A DNA stretch of 64,000 bases from Gemmatimonadaceae bacterium (GCA_040901985.1 JBBDYC010000006.1:58379-122378), one strand, 5' to 3'; counted from the stretch's first letter, positions 1 to 13,506 are shown. The notes: generated from the letters alone by a model not told the origin. Numbers and translations: made by a program.

Positions 1-2160
<2,160 letters not shown>

Positions 2161-2286
2161 CGGAGCGCGCTCCGGCTGAAGGACGCAGACGCAAAATCCA
2201 CGCCAGAGCAATCTATGGTCGGGCCAGCACCGGACAAGAGGGGGTCACAAATCGTTGGCCCGTAGGGATTTCCGCAGTCGGCGCCT

Positions 2287-2892
2287 TCAGCGGACGGCCA
2301 CGCCCCCCCGCCTCGGCCTCGCCAGAGCCAAGAAATTGCGCAGGATGCGTCGGCCGTCAGGCGTGCCAATGGATTCTGGGTGGAACTGCACCCCCACCAC
2401 CGGGTGGTCGCGGTGGGCAAGGGCGTGGATCTCGGCCGGGTCGTCGAGTGCCGTGGCCGTCGCGCGCAGCACGGCGGGAAGTGAGGCGCGCTCGACCACG
2501 AGCGAATGGTACCGCATCACCTCGACCGGGTTGGCAATCCCCCCGAAGAGGCCTGTCCCGTCGTGGCAGATGTGGGAGGTCTTGCCGTGCATCACGCCGC
2601 GCGGCGCCCGGATCACCCGGCCCCCGTACGCCTCGCCGATCGCCTGGTGGCCGAGGCAGACGCCGAGGATCGGCACGGTCGGGCCGAAGCGCTGGACCAG
2701 CGCCACCGAGATCCCCGCCTTGGCCGGCGTGCCGGGTCCCGGGCTGATGACGATCGCCTCCGGGGCGAGTCGTGCGACCTCGTCGAGCGTGATGGCGTCG
2801 TTCCGCACGACGTGGGGATCGGCGCCAAGCTCGCCCAGGTACTGGACAAGGTTGTAGGTGAAGGAGTCGTAGTTGTCTATGACGAGCAGCAC
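2287..2892 (-). CDS. Anthranilate/aminodeoxychorismate synthase component II (glutamine amidotransferase, TrpG/PabA family)
   Basis: IDNYDSFTYNL, ISPGPG, GVCLGHQ, RYHSL, GVQFHPES; GTG start at 2892. TrpG and PabA cannot be told apart here. Confidence 0.93.
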   Translation of the reverse strand: MLLVIDNYDSFTYNLVQYLGELGADPHVVRNDAITLDEVARLAPEAIVISPGPGTPAKAGISVALVQRFGPTVPILGVCLGHQAIGEAYGGRVIRAPRGVMHGKTSHICHDGTGLFGGIANPVEVMRYHSLVVERASLPAVLRATATALDDPAEIHALAHRDHPVVGVQFHPESIGTPDGRRILRNFLALARPRRGGVAVR

Positions 2893-2902
2893 GCGTGGTC
2901 GC

Positions 2903-3820
2903 CTACCCTCGAGGGTGGAACTGCCGGTGCACCTGTCGCAGGTGCTCCCGATCAATGTGCGTGTACAGCTGTGTGGTCGAGATGTCCGAGTGCCCGAGCA
3001 TCTCCTGGACCGCGCGCAGGTCCGCCCCGCCCTGCAGGAGGTGCGTGGCGAAACTGTGCCGGAGCGTATGCGGCTTGATCGTCGTGCGAAGCCCAGCGAG
3101 TTCCACGTATTTGCGCAGGATATTCCACGCACCCATCCGGCTCAATGGGCGACCGTGCGCGTTCAGGAAGAGTCGGCCGGCGCCCTGCCCCCTCTCGAGG
3201 CGCGGCCGCAGTTCGCGGAGGTAGATTGCCACTGCGCCGGCCGCCTTCCGGCCAATCGGGACGACGCGCTCCTTTCCGCCCTTGCCAATGACGCGCACGG
3301 TCAACTCATCGAGCAGGATGTCCTTCGTTCCGATCCCGATCCACTCGCTCACGCGCAATCCGGCGCCGTAGGCGAGCTCAAGCATCGCCCGGTCGCGGAA
3401 CGCGAACCGCTCGTCAAGCGAGATGGCCCCAATCAGGCGGTCCACGTCGTCGGGGGTCAGCACGTCGGGGAGCGCGCGCCACCGCTTGGGTGTCTCGAGC
3501 CGTTCGCTCGGGTCGGCGGTCACGACGCCCTCGGTGAGGAGGAAGCGGTACCAGGTGCGGATGGCCGAGATGCGTCGGCGGATTGTCGCCGGCGAGCGGC
3601 CGTCGTCCTTGAGGAAGTACACGAACTCGCGCAGGTGCGGGGCGCCGAGCCCGGCGATGGTCGTCACGCCGCGGCCAGCGGCCCAGCCCACCAGCACGCC
3701 GAGGTCGCGGCGATAGGCGTCAATCGTGCGGGCACTCGCGCCCTGTTCCAACGCGAGGAACTCGCCGAAGCGTTCAAGGAGGAAGACGCGGTCGAGCGCG
3801 TCGGCGGACGTGGCGGTCAC
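2903..3820 (-). CDS. xerD: Site-specific tyrosine recombinase XerD
   Basis: YRRDL N-terminal domain, RDRAMLELAYGAGLRVSE, GKGGKERVVP, HTLRHSFATHLL, LGHSDISTTQLYTH, C-terminal HPR; GTG start at 3820. Confidence 0.9.
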   Translation of the reverse strand: MTATSADALDRVFLLERFGEFLALEQGASARTIDAYRRDLGVLVGWAAGRGVTTIAGLGAPHLREFVYFLKDDGRSPATIRRRISAIRTWYRFLLTEGVVTADPSERLETPKRWRALPDVLTPDDVDRLIGAISLDERFAFRDRAMLELAYGAGLRVSEWIGIGTKDILLDELTVRVIGKGGKERVVPIGRKAAGAVAIYLRELRPRLERGQGAGRLFLNAHGRPLSRMGAWNILRKYVELAGLRTTIKPHTLRHSFATHLLQGGADLRAVQEMLGHSDISTTQLYTHIDREHLRQVHRQFHPRG

Positions 3821-3830
3821 CCCCGGGAAT

Positions 3831-4472
3831 CTAGTCCTGCCGCGTGCGCCGTCGCCTCCAAACCAGCCAAGCGATGGCCGTGAGCACCAACGCCACGGCG
3901 ACGGCGCCGAGTCCGACGCTCTCGGCGAACTGGACCACGGCCTCGCGGACGCGCTCCCAGTCCATGCCGACCCGGAAGGCAATCCAGGCGATGATGCCAT
4001 ACCAGATCGTCGAGGTGACCGTGATGATGAGGGCGGTCTGCCAATAGGGGACGCCGAGCGCCCCCGCCGCCACGGGCGACATCGCGCGCGCGCCCGGCAC
4101 GAAGCGACTCACGAAGAGCGCCACCCAACCGTACTTCCTGTAGGCGTCCTCGATCCGGTGCTCGGCGGTCTCCGCCGTGGCGCTGGCGCGGCGCAGGCCG
4201 AAGCGGACCATCTGGCGGGTGAGCCAGGCGGTGCCGTGGCGCTTGCCGATCCACCAATGGATGGAGTTGCCAGCCAGCCCACCGGCGACGACTGCGGCCG
4301 TGGTGGGGAGCCAGTTGCCGCCCGCGCGCGCGCTCAGGAAGGCAAGGAATCCGGCGGCGACATCGCCGGGAACCACCGGTACCACGCCTTCCACGAACGA
4401 CACCAGGGCGATGAGCGCGTAGAGCGCCCCGACCTGGAGCCCCCCAAGCCAGGCCATCATCGAGGCGAGCAC
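3831..4472 (-). CDS. DedA family membrane protein
   Basis: FVEGVVPVVPGD and YGWVALFVSRFVPGAR motifs, hydrophobic helices; start uncertain (4472/4460). Confidence 0.88.
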   Translation of the reverse strand: MLASMMAWLGGLQVGALYALIALVSFVEGVVPVVPGDVAAGFLAFLSARAGGNWLPTTAAVVAGGLAGNSIHWWIGKRHGTAWLTRQMVRFGLRRASATAETAEHRIEDAYRKYGWVALFVSRFVPGARAMSPVAAGALGVPYWQTALIITVTSTIWYGIIAWIAFRVGMDWERVREAVVQFAESVGLGAVAVALVLTAIAWLVWRRRRTRQD

Positions 4473-4479
4473 CCTAACC

Positions 4480-4977
4480 TCAGGCGCGGACGAGCGTGGC
4501 CACCGCAATGCAGGCAATCCCCTCGCCGCGGCCGATCCACCCCATTCCCTCGTTGGTCTTCCCCTTCACCATCACGTCGTCCGGCTCGACGCCGAGCGCG
4601 GCGGCGAGTCGCTCGCGGATCGCCGCCCGGTGCGGCCCGATTCTCGGCGTCTCGGCGATGACGGTCAGGTCGGCCTGCGCCGGCGCCCACCCGGCGGCGC
4701 GCACGCGCGCCGCGGCGACGCGCAGCATCTCGATGCTGTCGCGGCCGGCGTTCTCCGGCGCCGTGTCGGGGAACATCTCCCCGATGTCGCCGATGCCGGC
4801 CCCGCCAAGCAGCGCGTCGGTCAGCGCGTGGCAGACCGCGTCGGCGTCGCTGTGGCCGGTGCAACGCACCGACGCCGGGATCAGGACGCCGCCGACGAGG
4901 ACGCCGTGCCCCTCCGCAAAGCGATGGGAGTCGTATCCGATTCCGACCCGGAAGCCGGGTGCGGCGGGCGTGCTCAC
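4480..4977 (-). CDS. ispF: 2-C-methyl-D-erythritol 2,4-cyclodiphosphate synthase
   Basis: RVGIGYDSHRF, GHSDADAVCHALTDALLG, GDIGEMFP, VKGKTNEGMG; GTGA overlap with the mqnC stop. Confidence 0.96.
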   Translation of the reverse strand: MSTPAAPGFRVGIGYDSHRFAEGHGVLVGGVLIPASVRCTGHSDADAVCHALTDALLGGAGIGDIGEMFPDTAPENAGRDSIEMLRVAAARVRAAGWAPAQADLTVIAETPRIGPHRAAIRERLAAALGVEPDDVMVKGKTNEGMGWIGRGEGIACIAVATLVRA

Positions 4978-6020
4978 GCGGCGACCGTCGTCGGGCTCGG
5001 TTCGATGAGCCGGTAGTCCTGCCGCCGCCGGCGCGGCGTGAACCCCGCCTCGCGGATCAGCTGTTCCATCTCCGCGATCGAGGTGCGATGCGTCGTGTTC
5101 GCCGCCGACACCACGTTCTCCTCGAGCATCAGCGAGCCGAAGTCGTTGCAGCCGTAGTGGAGTGCCGTCTGTCCCACCTTCATCCCCATCGTCACCCAGC
5201 TCGCCTGGATGTTGGGGATGTTCTCGAGCACCGTGCGCGCAAGCGCCGTGGTCCGGAGATACTGCACCGCGTCGGTCTTTGGCATCTGGCTCATCGTCGG
5301 CGTGTTCTCCGGCTGGAGCGGCCAGCAGATGAACGCGGTGAATCCGTTGGTGCGCTGCTGCAGCGCCTTGAGCCGCAGCAGGTGCTCGATCCGCTCGGCG
5401 TTGGTCTCGCCGATCCCGTACATCATCGTGCAGGAGGTCTTGAGCCCCTCGCCGTGGGCGATCTCCATCACCTCGAGCCAGCGATCGGCGCCGGCCTTCT
5501 TCCTCGCCACCTGGTCGCGCACGCGCTGGACGAGGATCTCCCCGCCGCCGCCGGGGATTGAGTCGAGCCCCGCCTTCACCAGCTCCTGGATCACCGTGCG
5601 GGCGTCCATCCGGTACAGCGTGGCCCAGAAGTCCACCTCGCTCGGCGAGAAGCCGTGGATGTGGATCGGATGGTTGCGCTTGATGTACTTGAGGAGCTCG
5701 AGGTACCACTCGAACGGGATGTACGGATTGTGGCCGCCCTGAATGAGGATCTGGACCCCGCCGAGCGCCTTCACCTCGTCAATCTTCGCGCCGATTTGCT
5801 CATAGCTGAGCGTCCACCCCTCGCCGTCCTTGGGGCGGCGGTAGAAGGCGCAGAAGCCGCAATCGGCCACGCAGACGTTCGTGTAGTTGATGTTGCGGTC
5901 CACGATGTACGTGACGATCGGCTCCGGGTGGAGGCGGCGCCGGACGGCGTCGGCCGCCGCGCCAAGCTCGAGGAGGGGGGTGCGCTCGTAGTACTCGAGC
6001 AGGTCCTGTTCGATTGCCAC
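4974..6020 (-). CDS. mqnC: Cyclic dehypoxanthinyl futalosine synthase (radical SAM)
   Basis: VDRNINYTNVCVADCGFCAF (CX3CX2C), SIPGGGGEIL, NIQASWVT, NDFGSLMLEENVVSAA; GTG start at 6020. Confidence 0.93.
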   Translation of the reverse strand: MAIEQDLLEYYERTPLLELGAAADAVRRRLHPEPIVTYIVDRNINYTNVCVADCGFCAFYRRPKDGEGWTLSYEQIGAKIDEVKALGGVQILIQGGHNPYIPFEWYLELLKYIKRNHPIHIHGFSPSEVDFWATLYRMDARTVIQELVKAGLDSIPGGGGEILVQRVRDQVARKKAGADRWLEVMEIAHGEGLKTSCTMMYGIGETNAERIEHLLRLKALQQRTNGFTAFICWPLQPENTPTMSQMPKTDAVQYLRTTALARTVLENIPNIQASWVTMGMKVGQTALHYGCNDFGSLMLEENVVSAANTTHRTSIAEMEQLIREAGFTPRRRRQDYRLIEPSPTTVAA

Positions 6021-6021
6021 G

Positions 6022-6893
<872 letters not shown>

Positions 6894-6894
<1 letters not shown>

Positions 6895-8054
6895 CAGGCG
6901 GCCTCGCGGTTGGCGTCGAAGACACGCAGCGTTCGGTAGAACGAGTCCCGCTCGGCGGGCACCTTCCCTGCCCCGCGGATCAGCGCGACGAGCTCGTCGA
7001 GCGACATCGCCTGCTGGGTCTGCGCGCCGACCGCGTGATAGATCTTCTCGCGGACGACGGTCCCCTCGAGGTCGTTCACACCGTAGTGCAGCGCAATCTG
7101 CGAGAGAAACGGCGTCACCATGATCCAGTGACTCTTGATGTGCGCGAAGTTGTCGAGAAAGAGGCGTCCCACCGCGAGGTTCTTCAGGTCGTCCACGCCG
7201 GAGGTGGCGATCCCCTGCCGGCCAAGCTTCCGCCCCAGCTCATTGTCGTCGGGGTGATAGGCGAGCGGGATGTAGGCGAGGAACCCGCCTGTCTCGTCCT
7301 GGAGGTCGCGGAGCGTCTGGAGGTGGTGCATCCGGTCGGCGAACGTCTCGACGTGGCCGTAGAGCATCGTGCTGTTGGTCCGGATGCCGAGTTGGTGCGC
7401 CGTGCGGTGGACGCCGATGTAATCCGCGGCGCCGAGCTTCTTGCGGGCGATCTCCTCGCGCACCGCCGCGCTGAAGGTCTCGGCGCCGCCGCCGGGCATC
7501 GTGTCGAGGCCGGCCTCCTTGAGCGCCATCAGGACGTCGGCCCACGATCGCTTCTCAATCCGGGCGATATGCGCGATCTCGACCGCCGTCAGCGCCTTGA
7601 TGTGCACGTGCGGCAACTCGGCCTTGAGGGCACGGAACATCGTCGTGTAGTAGTCGAGGCCGGCCTGCATATCGAGCCCGCCGACGATGTGGAACTCCTT
7701 CGTCAGGCCGTCCTTCGCCTGGGCGGCCTCGGCCATCACCTGGTCGAGCGAGTAGCGGTACGCCCCCGCCTCCTTGGGCAGCCGCGCGTACCCACAGAAG
7801 GTGCAGGTGGTCCGGAGCGTGCAGATGTTGGTCGGGTTGATGTGCTGGTTGGCGGCGAAGGTCACCACGTCGCCGTGGCGTGCGCGGTTGACCGCGTCGG
7901 CGAGGAGCCCGATGCCGGTCAGGTCGCGCGACTCGAAGAGCGTGACGCCGTCGGCGGTTGCCAGGCGCTCGCCCGCCGCGACCCGCTCGCCGATTGCCCG
8001 CACCGCCGGGTCAACGATGCGCTCGAAGGGGATCCGCAGCGCGCTCGTCGGCAT
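6894..8054 (-). CDS. mqnE: Aminodeoxyfutalosine synthase (radical SAM)
   Basis: HINPTNIC, EFHIVGG, HIKALTAVEI, MPGGGAETF, STMLYGHVET, NFAHIKSHW, GTVVREKIYHAVGA; start MPTS at 8054. Confidence 0.9.
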
Positions 8055-8058
8055 ACCC

Positions 8059-9312
8059 CTAGTCCGTGACGCGGCGGAGCGCGATGCTGACATTGTGGCC
8101 GCCGAAGCCCGAGGAGTTGGTAAGGGCCGCGTGCACCTCGCGCTTCACCGGGGTGTTCGCCGTGCAGTCGAGGTCGCACTCCGGGTCGGGCGTCGAGAGG
8201 TTGATCGTCGGCGGAATGATGCCGTGCCGGATCGCCATTGCCGTGAAGACCGCCTCCGCCCCGCCGGCCGCGCCAAGCATATGGCCGGTCGCCGACTTCG
8301 TGGAGCTGACGTTGAGCCCGGTGGCGTGCGCTCCGAAGACCTTCTTGATGGCCCGGATCTCGTTGGGGTCGTTCATCGGCGTCGAGGTGCCGTGGGCATT
8401 GACGTACTGCACGTCCGCCGGCTGGAGGCCGGCATCCTCGAGGGCGCGACGCATCGCGCGCTGGAGTCCCTCGTGATCCTCGGGCTGTCCGGTGAGATGG
8501 TAGGCGTCGCCGGTGGCGCCATAGCCGACCACTTCGCAGTAGATCTGCGCGCCGCGTCGCTTCGCGTGCCCGTACTCCTCAAGGATGACCGTTCCAGCGC
8601 CCTCCCCGAGGACAAAGCCGTCGCGCGTCTGGTCGAACGGCCGCGAGGCCGTCTCGGGAGACTCGTTGCGCGTGGAGAGCGCCTGCATGTTGCCGAACCC
8701 CCCGATCGCCATCGGCGCGACCGCCGCCTCGGATCCGCCGGCGATCATCACGTCGGCGTCGCCGTAGCTGATCATCCGGAACGCATCGCCGATGGCGTGG
8801 GCGCTCGTCGCGCAGGCCGACTGGGTGGCGTAGTTCGGCCCCTTCGCCTGGAAACGCATCGAGACCACGCCGGCCGCGATGTCGCCGATGAACATCGGCA
8901 CGAAGAAGGGGGAGATCCGGTTGGGGCCGCTCGTGAGGTAGGTCTCGACCTGGTGTTCGAAGGTCGCGATCCCGCCGATCCCCGACCCGATCACGACGCC
9001 GGTGCGGTGGGGGTCGAAGCCCTTCCCGTCGCCGAATCCGGCGTCGGTCATCGCCTGCACCGACGCGGCCATCGCGTACTGCGTGTAGAGATCCGAGCGC
9101 TTGACCTCCTTGCGATCCATATACGCCGTGGGGTCGAAGCCCTTGACCTCGCAGGCGAAGCGGACCTTGAAGGCCGCGGCGTCGAAGCGGGTGATGGGCC
9201 CGCCACCGGACTTGCCGGCGAGCAGTGCCGCCCAGGTGCCGGCCAGGTCGTTGCCGACAGGAGTGACGCAGCCGGCCCCGGTGATCACGACGCGGCGCTT
9301 CGGCGACGCCAT
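8059..9312 (-). CDS. fabF: 3-oxoacyl-ACP synthase II
   Basis: SACATSAH, NAHGTST, KSATGHMLGAAG, NSSGFGGHN. Confidence 0.97.
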   Translation of the reverse strand: MASPKRRVVITGAGCVTPVGNDLAGTWAALLAGKSGGGPITRFDAAAFKVRFACEVKGFDPTAYMDRKEVKRSDLYTQYAMAASVQAMTDAGFGDGKGFDPHRTGVVIGSGIGGIATFEHQVETYLTSGPNRISPFFVPMFIGDIAAGVVSMRFQAKGPNYATQSACATSAHAIGDAFRMISYGDADVMIAGGSEAAVAPMAIGGFGNMQALSTRNESPETASRPFDQTRDGFVLGEGAGTVILEEYGHAKRRGAQIYCEVVGYGATGDAYHLTGQPEDHEGLQRAMRRALEDAGLQPADVQYVNAHGTSTPMNDPNEIRAIKKVFGAHATGLNVSSTKSATGHMLGAAGGAEAVFTAMAIRHGIIPPTINLSTPDPECDLDCTANTPVKREVHAALTNSSGFGGHNVSIALRRVTD

Positions 9313-9316
9313 CCGG

Positions 9317-9556
9317 TCAGCCGCCGATCTTGCCGTTCAAGTAGCCGATCGCATCGCCCACGGTGCGCAGCTTCTCCGCGTCCTCGTCCGGGATATCGAT
9401 GTTGAACTCCTTCTCGAACTCCATCACCAGCTCGACGATGTCGAGCGAGTCCGCGCCCAGATCCTCGATGAAGCTCGCGCCGTCAGTGAGCTTCTCGCGC
9501 TCGACTCCGAGCTCCTTCTCGATGATGTCCTTGACCTTCGCGGAATGGTCGGCCAT
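9317..9556 (-). CDS. acpP: Acyl carrier protein
   Basis: [17 protein letters not shown] phosphopantetheine motif; start MADHS at 9556. Confidence 0.97.
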   Translation of the reverse strand: MADHSAKVKDIIEKELGVEREKLTDGASFIEDLGADSLDIVELVMEFEKEFNIDIPDEDAEKLRTVGDAIGYLNGKIGG

Positions 9557-9644
9557 GTGCGTAGGGACTCCGTAGGGGTGAGACCGCTTGAAGCAACCGG
9601 AAATATACGCCTTTGCAGGGGGCAAGGGCACACCGGAATGGCGC

Positions 9645-10379
9645 CTACATCACCATGCCGCCGTCCACCGTCAGGACCTGCCCGGTGATGTATGCCGCGT
9701 GGTCGGAAGCGAGGAAGGCGACCGCGCTCGCGACATCGCCCGGCGTGCCGAATCGGTCGAGCGGGATCTGCGCCGAGAGCGCCTTGACCGCGTCCGGCGG
9801 CATCGCGTCGGTCATATCGGTCCTGATGAACCCCGGGGCGACGACGTTGCACAGGATGTTGCGCGACGCGAGTTCCTTGGCCACCGACTTGCTGAGCCCG
9901 ATCAGCCCGGCCTTGCTCGCGGCATAGTTCGCCTGCCCGGCGTTCCCGACCATCCCGACGACCGACGCGATGTTGATGATCCGGCCCCACCGGCGCTTCA
10001 TCATCCCGCGCTGGGCGGCCCGGATGGCGACGAACGCCGAGCGGAGGTTCGTCTCGAGGACCGCGTTCCAGTCCTCGTCCTTCATCCGCAGCATCAGGTT
10101 GTCCTTGGTGATGCCGGCGTTGTTCACGAGGATGTCGAGCGACCCGAGGGCCTCCTCGACGCCCTGGACGAGCGCGGTCACCTCCTCCGGGACCCTGATG
10201 TCGCCGCCCGATCCGCGCGCCGCGCCGATCTCCCTGGCCACCTGCTCGGCCCTCGCGAGCTCACGGCCGACGACGACCACCGTCGCGCCGCAGCCGACGA
10301 GCGTCTCGGCGATTGCGCGACCGATGCCGCGGGTGGAGCCAGTGACGAGGGCCACCCTTCCGGAGAGATCGATCTTCAT
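9645..10379 (-). CDS. fabG: 3-oxoacyl-ACP reductase
   Basis: [21 protein letters not shown]; fab operon context. Confidence 0.97.
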   Translation of the reverse strand: MKIDLSGRVALVTGSTRGIGRAIAETLVGCGATVVVVGRELARAEQVAREIGAARGSGGDIRVPEEVTALVQGVEEALGSLDILVNNAGITKDNLMLRMKDEDWNAVLETNLRSAFVAIRAAQRGMMKRRWGRIINIASVVGMVGNAGQANYAASKAGLIGLSKSVAKELASRNILCNVVAPGFIRTDMTDAMPPDAVKALSAQIPLDRFGTPGDVASAVAFLASDHAAYITGQVLTVDGGMVM

Positions 10380-11317
10380 GGGACGGCGGATTGGAGATGG
10401 GAAATCAACGCTTCCACTTCACCGGCGGTCCCGCAGGTCATCGTCCGGCAGTCCGGGGCGAGGCGCTTCACGAGGCCGCTGAGCACCGCGCCCGGGCCCA
10501 TCTCGACGAAGGTCGTACCGGGGAAACGGGCGGCGATGTTGCGCACGACCTCCACCCAGCGCACCGGCGAGGTCAGTTGCCGGTGGAGGAGGTCCCTGGC
10601 CGTGCCAGCGTCGCCCACGGCCTCGGCGGTGACGTTGCTCCAGACCGGGACCAGCGGGTCGCGGAAGTGGGCGGCATCGAGGGCCTCCCGGAGGCCAGCG
10701 ACGGCCGGCGCCATCAGCGGGCTGTGAAAGGCGCCGCTCACCGGCAGGCGCAACGCGCGCTTGGCACCAGCCGCCTTGGCCAGTCCCATCGCCGACTCGA
10801 CGGCGGCGACCTCTCCGGAGATCACGATCTGCTCGGGCGTGTTGTAGTTCGCCGGCACCACCACCCCGTGGGCCGAGGCCTCGGCGCAGATCTCCTCGAT
10901 GGTCCGCTGCATCTCGCCGAGGATGGCCGCCATCGCGCCCGGGACCTGCACGCCGGTGTCGTACATCAGCTGGCCGCGGCGGCGCACAAGCGTCACCGCG
11001 TCCTCGAGCGAGAGCGCGCCCGCCGCGTGATGGGCCGAGAACTCCCCGAGCGAGTGGCCGGCGGCGGCACGGACGTTCGCGGCGACGTGCTCCTTGACCA
11101 CGGCCCAGACCGCAGCCCCGTGCGCGAGGAGCGCCGGCTGCGCGTTGTGCGTGCGCGTGAGTTCCTCGGCCGGCCCCTCGAAGCAGAGGGCGCTGAGGGG
11201 GGTGCCGAGGACGGCGTCGGCCCTGGCAAAGACGTCGCGCGCTGCGGGAAAGGCGGCGGCGATGTCCTTCCCCATGCCGGGCTTCTGGGAGCCCTGTCCG
11301 GGAAACAGGAGGATCAC
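10376..11317 (-). CDS. fabD: Malonyl-CoA:ACP transacylase
   Basis: LFPGQGSQ, GHSLGE, VSGAFHSPLM. Confidence 0.97.
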   Translation of the reverse strand: MILLFPGQGSQKPGMGKDIAAAFPAARDVFARADAVLGTPLSALCFEGPAEELTRTHNAQPALLAHGAAVWAVVKEHVAANVRAAAGHSLGEFSAHHAAGALSLEDAVTLVRRRGQLMYDTGVQVPGAMAAILGEMQRTIEEICAEASAHGVVVPANYNTPEQIVISGEVAAVESAMGLAKAAGAKRALRLPVSGAFHSPLMAPAVAGLREALDAAHFRDPLVPVWSNVTAEAVGDAGTARDLLHRQLTSPVRWVEVVRNIAARFPGTTFVEMGPGAVLSGLVKRLAPDCRTMTCGTAGEVEALISHLQSAVP

Positions 11318-11327
11318 GCGCCGGCGC

Positions 11328-12317
11328 TCAGAAGCGCACCACCATCGAGCCCCAGGTGAACCCCGCGCCGAAGGCGACGAACATCGCCGTCGTGCCCTCC
11401 TTGATGACGCCCGTGGCGAGCGCCTCGCTGAGCGCGATCGGGATGGACGCCGCCGACGTGTTCCCGAAGCGGTCCACGTTCACATAGACCTTCTCCATCG
11501 GGATGTTGGCGTGCTTGGCCGTCGCCTCGATGATGCGGATGTTCGCCTGATGCGGGATCAGCACGTCAATGTCGGTGGCCGACAGCTTTGCGCCGTCGAG
11601 CGCCCGGTCGGCCGCCTCGGCCATCGAGCGGACCGCGTTCTTGAAGACCTCGCGGCCGGCCATCGTGAGGAGGTGCGTCCCCTCGGCGATGATTTCCGGC
11701 GTCATCGGCGCGGTCGCGCCGCCCTTCGGGCGATGCAACAGGTCAGCGAGCGTGCCATCGGAGCGCATATAGGCCGAGAGGATCCCGCGGCCCTTGGTGG
11801 CCTTCTTGATCACCGTCGCCCCGGCCCCGTCGCCGAAGAGCACGCAGGTGTTGCGATCCTTCCAGTTGACGATGCGACTGAGTAGCTCGCCGCCGATCAC
11901 GAGGATCGTCTCGTAGCCGCCGGTAGCCATCAGGCCCTCGGCCACCTGGATCGCGTAGAGCCACCCCGAGCAGGCGGCGTCAATGTCGAAGGCCACCGCG
12001 CGGGTCGCGCCGATCTCCGCCTGGACCTCGACCGCCGTCGCCGGCAGGAGTCGGTCCGGGCTCGCCGTGGCGAGAATGATTGCGTCGAGCTCGGCGGCGG
12101 TGACGCCCGCCTGAGCCATTGCACGCCGGGCCGCCTCGCTGGAGAGCGACGTGAGCGTCTCCCCCTCCCCGGCGATGTGGCGCTGGCCGATCCCGGTGCG
12201 CTCGCGGATCCATTCGTCCGACGTGTCGATCCCGATCGCGGCGAAATCGTGGTTCGTCATGATGCGCTTCGGCACCGCGTGCGCCGTGGCAGCGAGCATT
12301 GCAGTGGGGCGTTTCAT
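11328..12317 (-). CDS. fabH: 3-oxoacyl-ACP synthase III
   Basis: WIRERTGI, AACSG, FGDGAGA, PHQAN, GNTSAAS, FGAGFTWG. Confidence 0.97.
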   Translation of the reverse strand: MKRPTAMLAATAHAVPKRIMTNHDFAAIGIDTSDEWIRERTGIGQRHIAGEGETLTSLSSEAARRAMAQAGVTAAELDAIILATASPDRLLPATAVEVQAEIGATRAVAFDIDAACSGWLYAIQVAEGLMATGGYETILVIGGELLSRIVNWKDRNTCVLFGDGAGATVIKKATKGRGILSAYMRSDGTLADLLHRPKGGATAPMTPEIIAEGTHLLTMAGREVFKNAVRSMAEAADRALDGAKLSATDIDVLIPHQANIRIIEATAKHANIPMEKVYVNVDRFGNTSAASIPIALSEALATGVIKEGTTAMFVAFGAGFTWGSMVVRF

Positions 12318-13321
12318 CCGTGGACCTGCTCGGCGATGTGGGTGCTCATCTGGGACGACACCGCGCGGAGGCCGGCGAAGATGCCGTTCTTGATGGCCTC
12401 GGGCGTGGACTTGCCGTGACAGATGATGCTGACGCCCTTCACGCCGAGGAGCGGCGCGCCGCCGTACTTGGCGTAGTCGAGCGCGTGGACGAGTGTGCCC
12501 AGCTGCTCCTTGGTGACGCCCGCCTTCAGCATCATCCCGAGGAGGACCGGCGCGACCGATTCGTAGAACTTGAGGAGGACGTTCCCGGTGAACCCGTCGC
12601 AGACGACGACGTCAATCGGGCCGCGGTCGCACTCGCCGCGGGGGATGTCGCGTCCCTCGATGTTGCCGAGAAAATTGAGGCCGGCGCCAAGGAGGAGCTG
12701 GTGCGCCTCCTTCACCGCGGCGTTCCCCTTCTCCGCCTCCTCGCCGATCGAGAGGAGGCCGATTGCCGGGCGCTCGCGGCCCAGGATGTCCTTGGCGTAG
12801 ACGTGCCCAAGCTGCGCGAAGGTCACCAGCTCCCGTGGCGTGCAGTCCACGTTGGCGCCCGCGTCGAGGAGGATGACCGGGTCCTTGGCGGTCGGGAGGA
12901 GCGTGGCAATCGCCGGCCGGTCAATGCCGTCGTGCAGACGCAGGATGAAGGTGGACGCCGCCATCTGCGCGCCGGTGTTGCCGGCGGAGACGAAGGCGTC
13001 GGAACGTCCCTCCGATTGGAGGCGGATCCCGAGCGCCATCGAGGACTGCGGCTTGCCGCGGATGGCGACCGACGGCTTGTCGGTCATCGTGATGACGTCG
13101 GGGGCGTCAATGATCTCGAAGCGCGACGCCGCCTCGACGAGGAGGGTGTTGTCGGTGACGGCGGCCAGCTGGCGGGCGAGCTCGTCGCGGACGGGCGCAC
13201 CCTGCCCGACAAGTTGGATCGTGTGTTCGCCACCAAGTTCGGCCGCCGCGAGGAGTGCCGCGGCGACCGGGGCCTGGGGCGCGTGGTCGCCCCCCATCGC
13301 GTCCAACGCGATGCGGGCCAT
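12314..13321 (-). CDS. plsX: Phosphate:acyl-ACP acyltransferase
   Basis: IALDAMGGDHAP, SAGNTGA, LDAGANVD, VCDGFTGN, GGAPLLGV, HGKS; start MARIA at 13321. Confidence 0.96.
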   Translation of the reverse strand: MARIALDAMGGDHAPQAPVAAALLAAAELGGEHTIQLVGQGAPVRDELARQLAAVTDNTLLVEAASRFEIIDAPDVITMTDKPSVAIRGKPQSSMALGIRLQSEGRSDAFVSAGNTGAQMAASTFILRLHDGIDRPAIATLLPTAKDPVILLDAGANVDCTPRELVTFAQLGHVYAKDILGRERPAIGLLSIGEEAEKGNAAVKEAHQLLLGAGLNFLGNIEGRDIPRGECDRGPIDVVVCDGFTGNVLLKFYESVAPVLLGMMLKAGVTKEQLGTLVHALDYAKYGGAPLLGVKGVSIICHGKSTPEAIKNGIFAGLRAVSSQMSTHIAEQVHG

Positions 13322-13323
13322 GG

Positions 13324-13506
13324 CTACGCTTCGCGCGCCGCGACCCGCTGCTCGCCGGCGTAGAACCCGCACTCCGCACAGACGTGATGCGGGCGCTTCA
13401 TCGCGCCGCACTTCGGGCAGGCCTGGATGTTGATCTTGGGTGCCACCTTGTGCGTGTTGCGTGCGCGCTTCTTGCGCTTCGAGGTACGGCGCTTCGGGAC
13501 GGCCAT
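13324..13506 (-). CDS. rpmF: 50S ribosomal protein L32 (Zn-binding form, CxxC...CxxC)
   Basis: MAVPKRRTSK...CPKC...HHVCAECG. Confidence 0.97.
   Translation of the reverse strand: MAVPKRRTSKRKKRARNTHKVAPKINIQACPKCGAMKRPHHVCAECGFYAGEQRVAAREA

Noticed and set aside
2903..3820. Tyrosine recombinase as a phage or island integrase
   Set aside because: Size, motifs and housekeeping context fit chromosomal XerD; no att repeats, tRNA or phage genes nearby.
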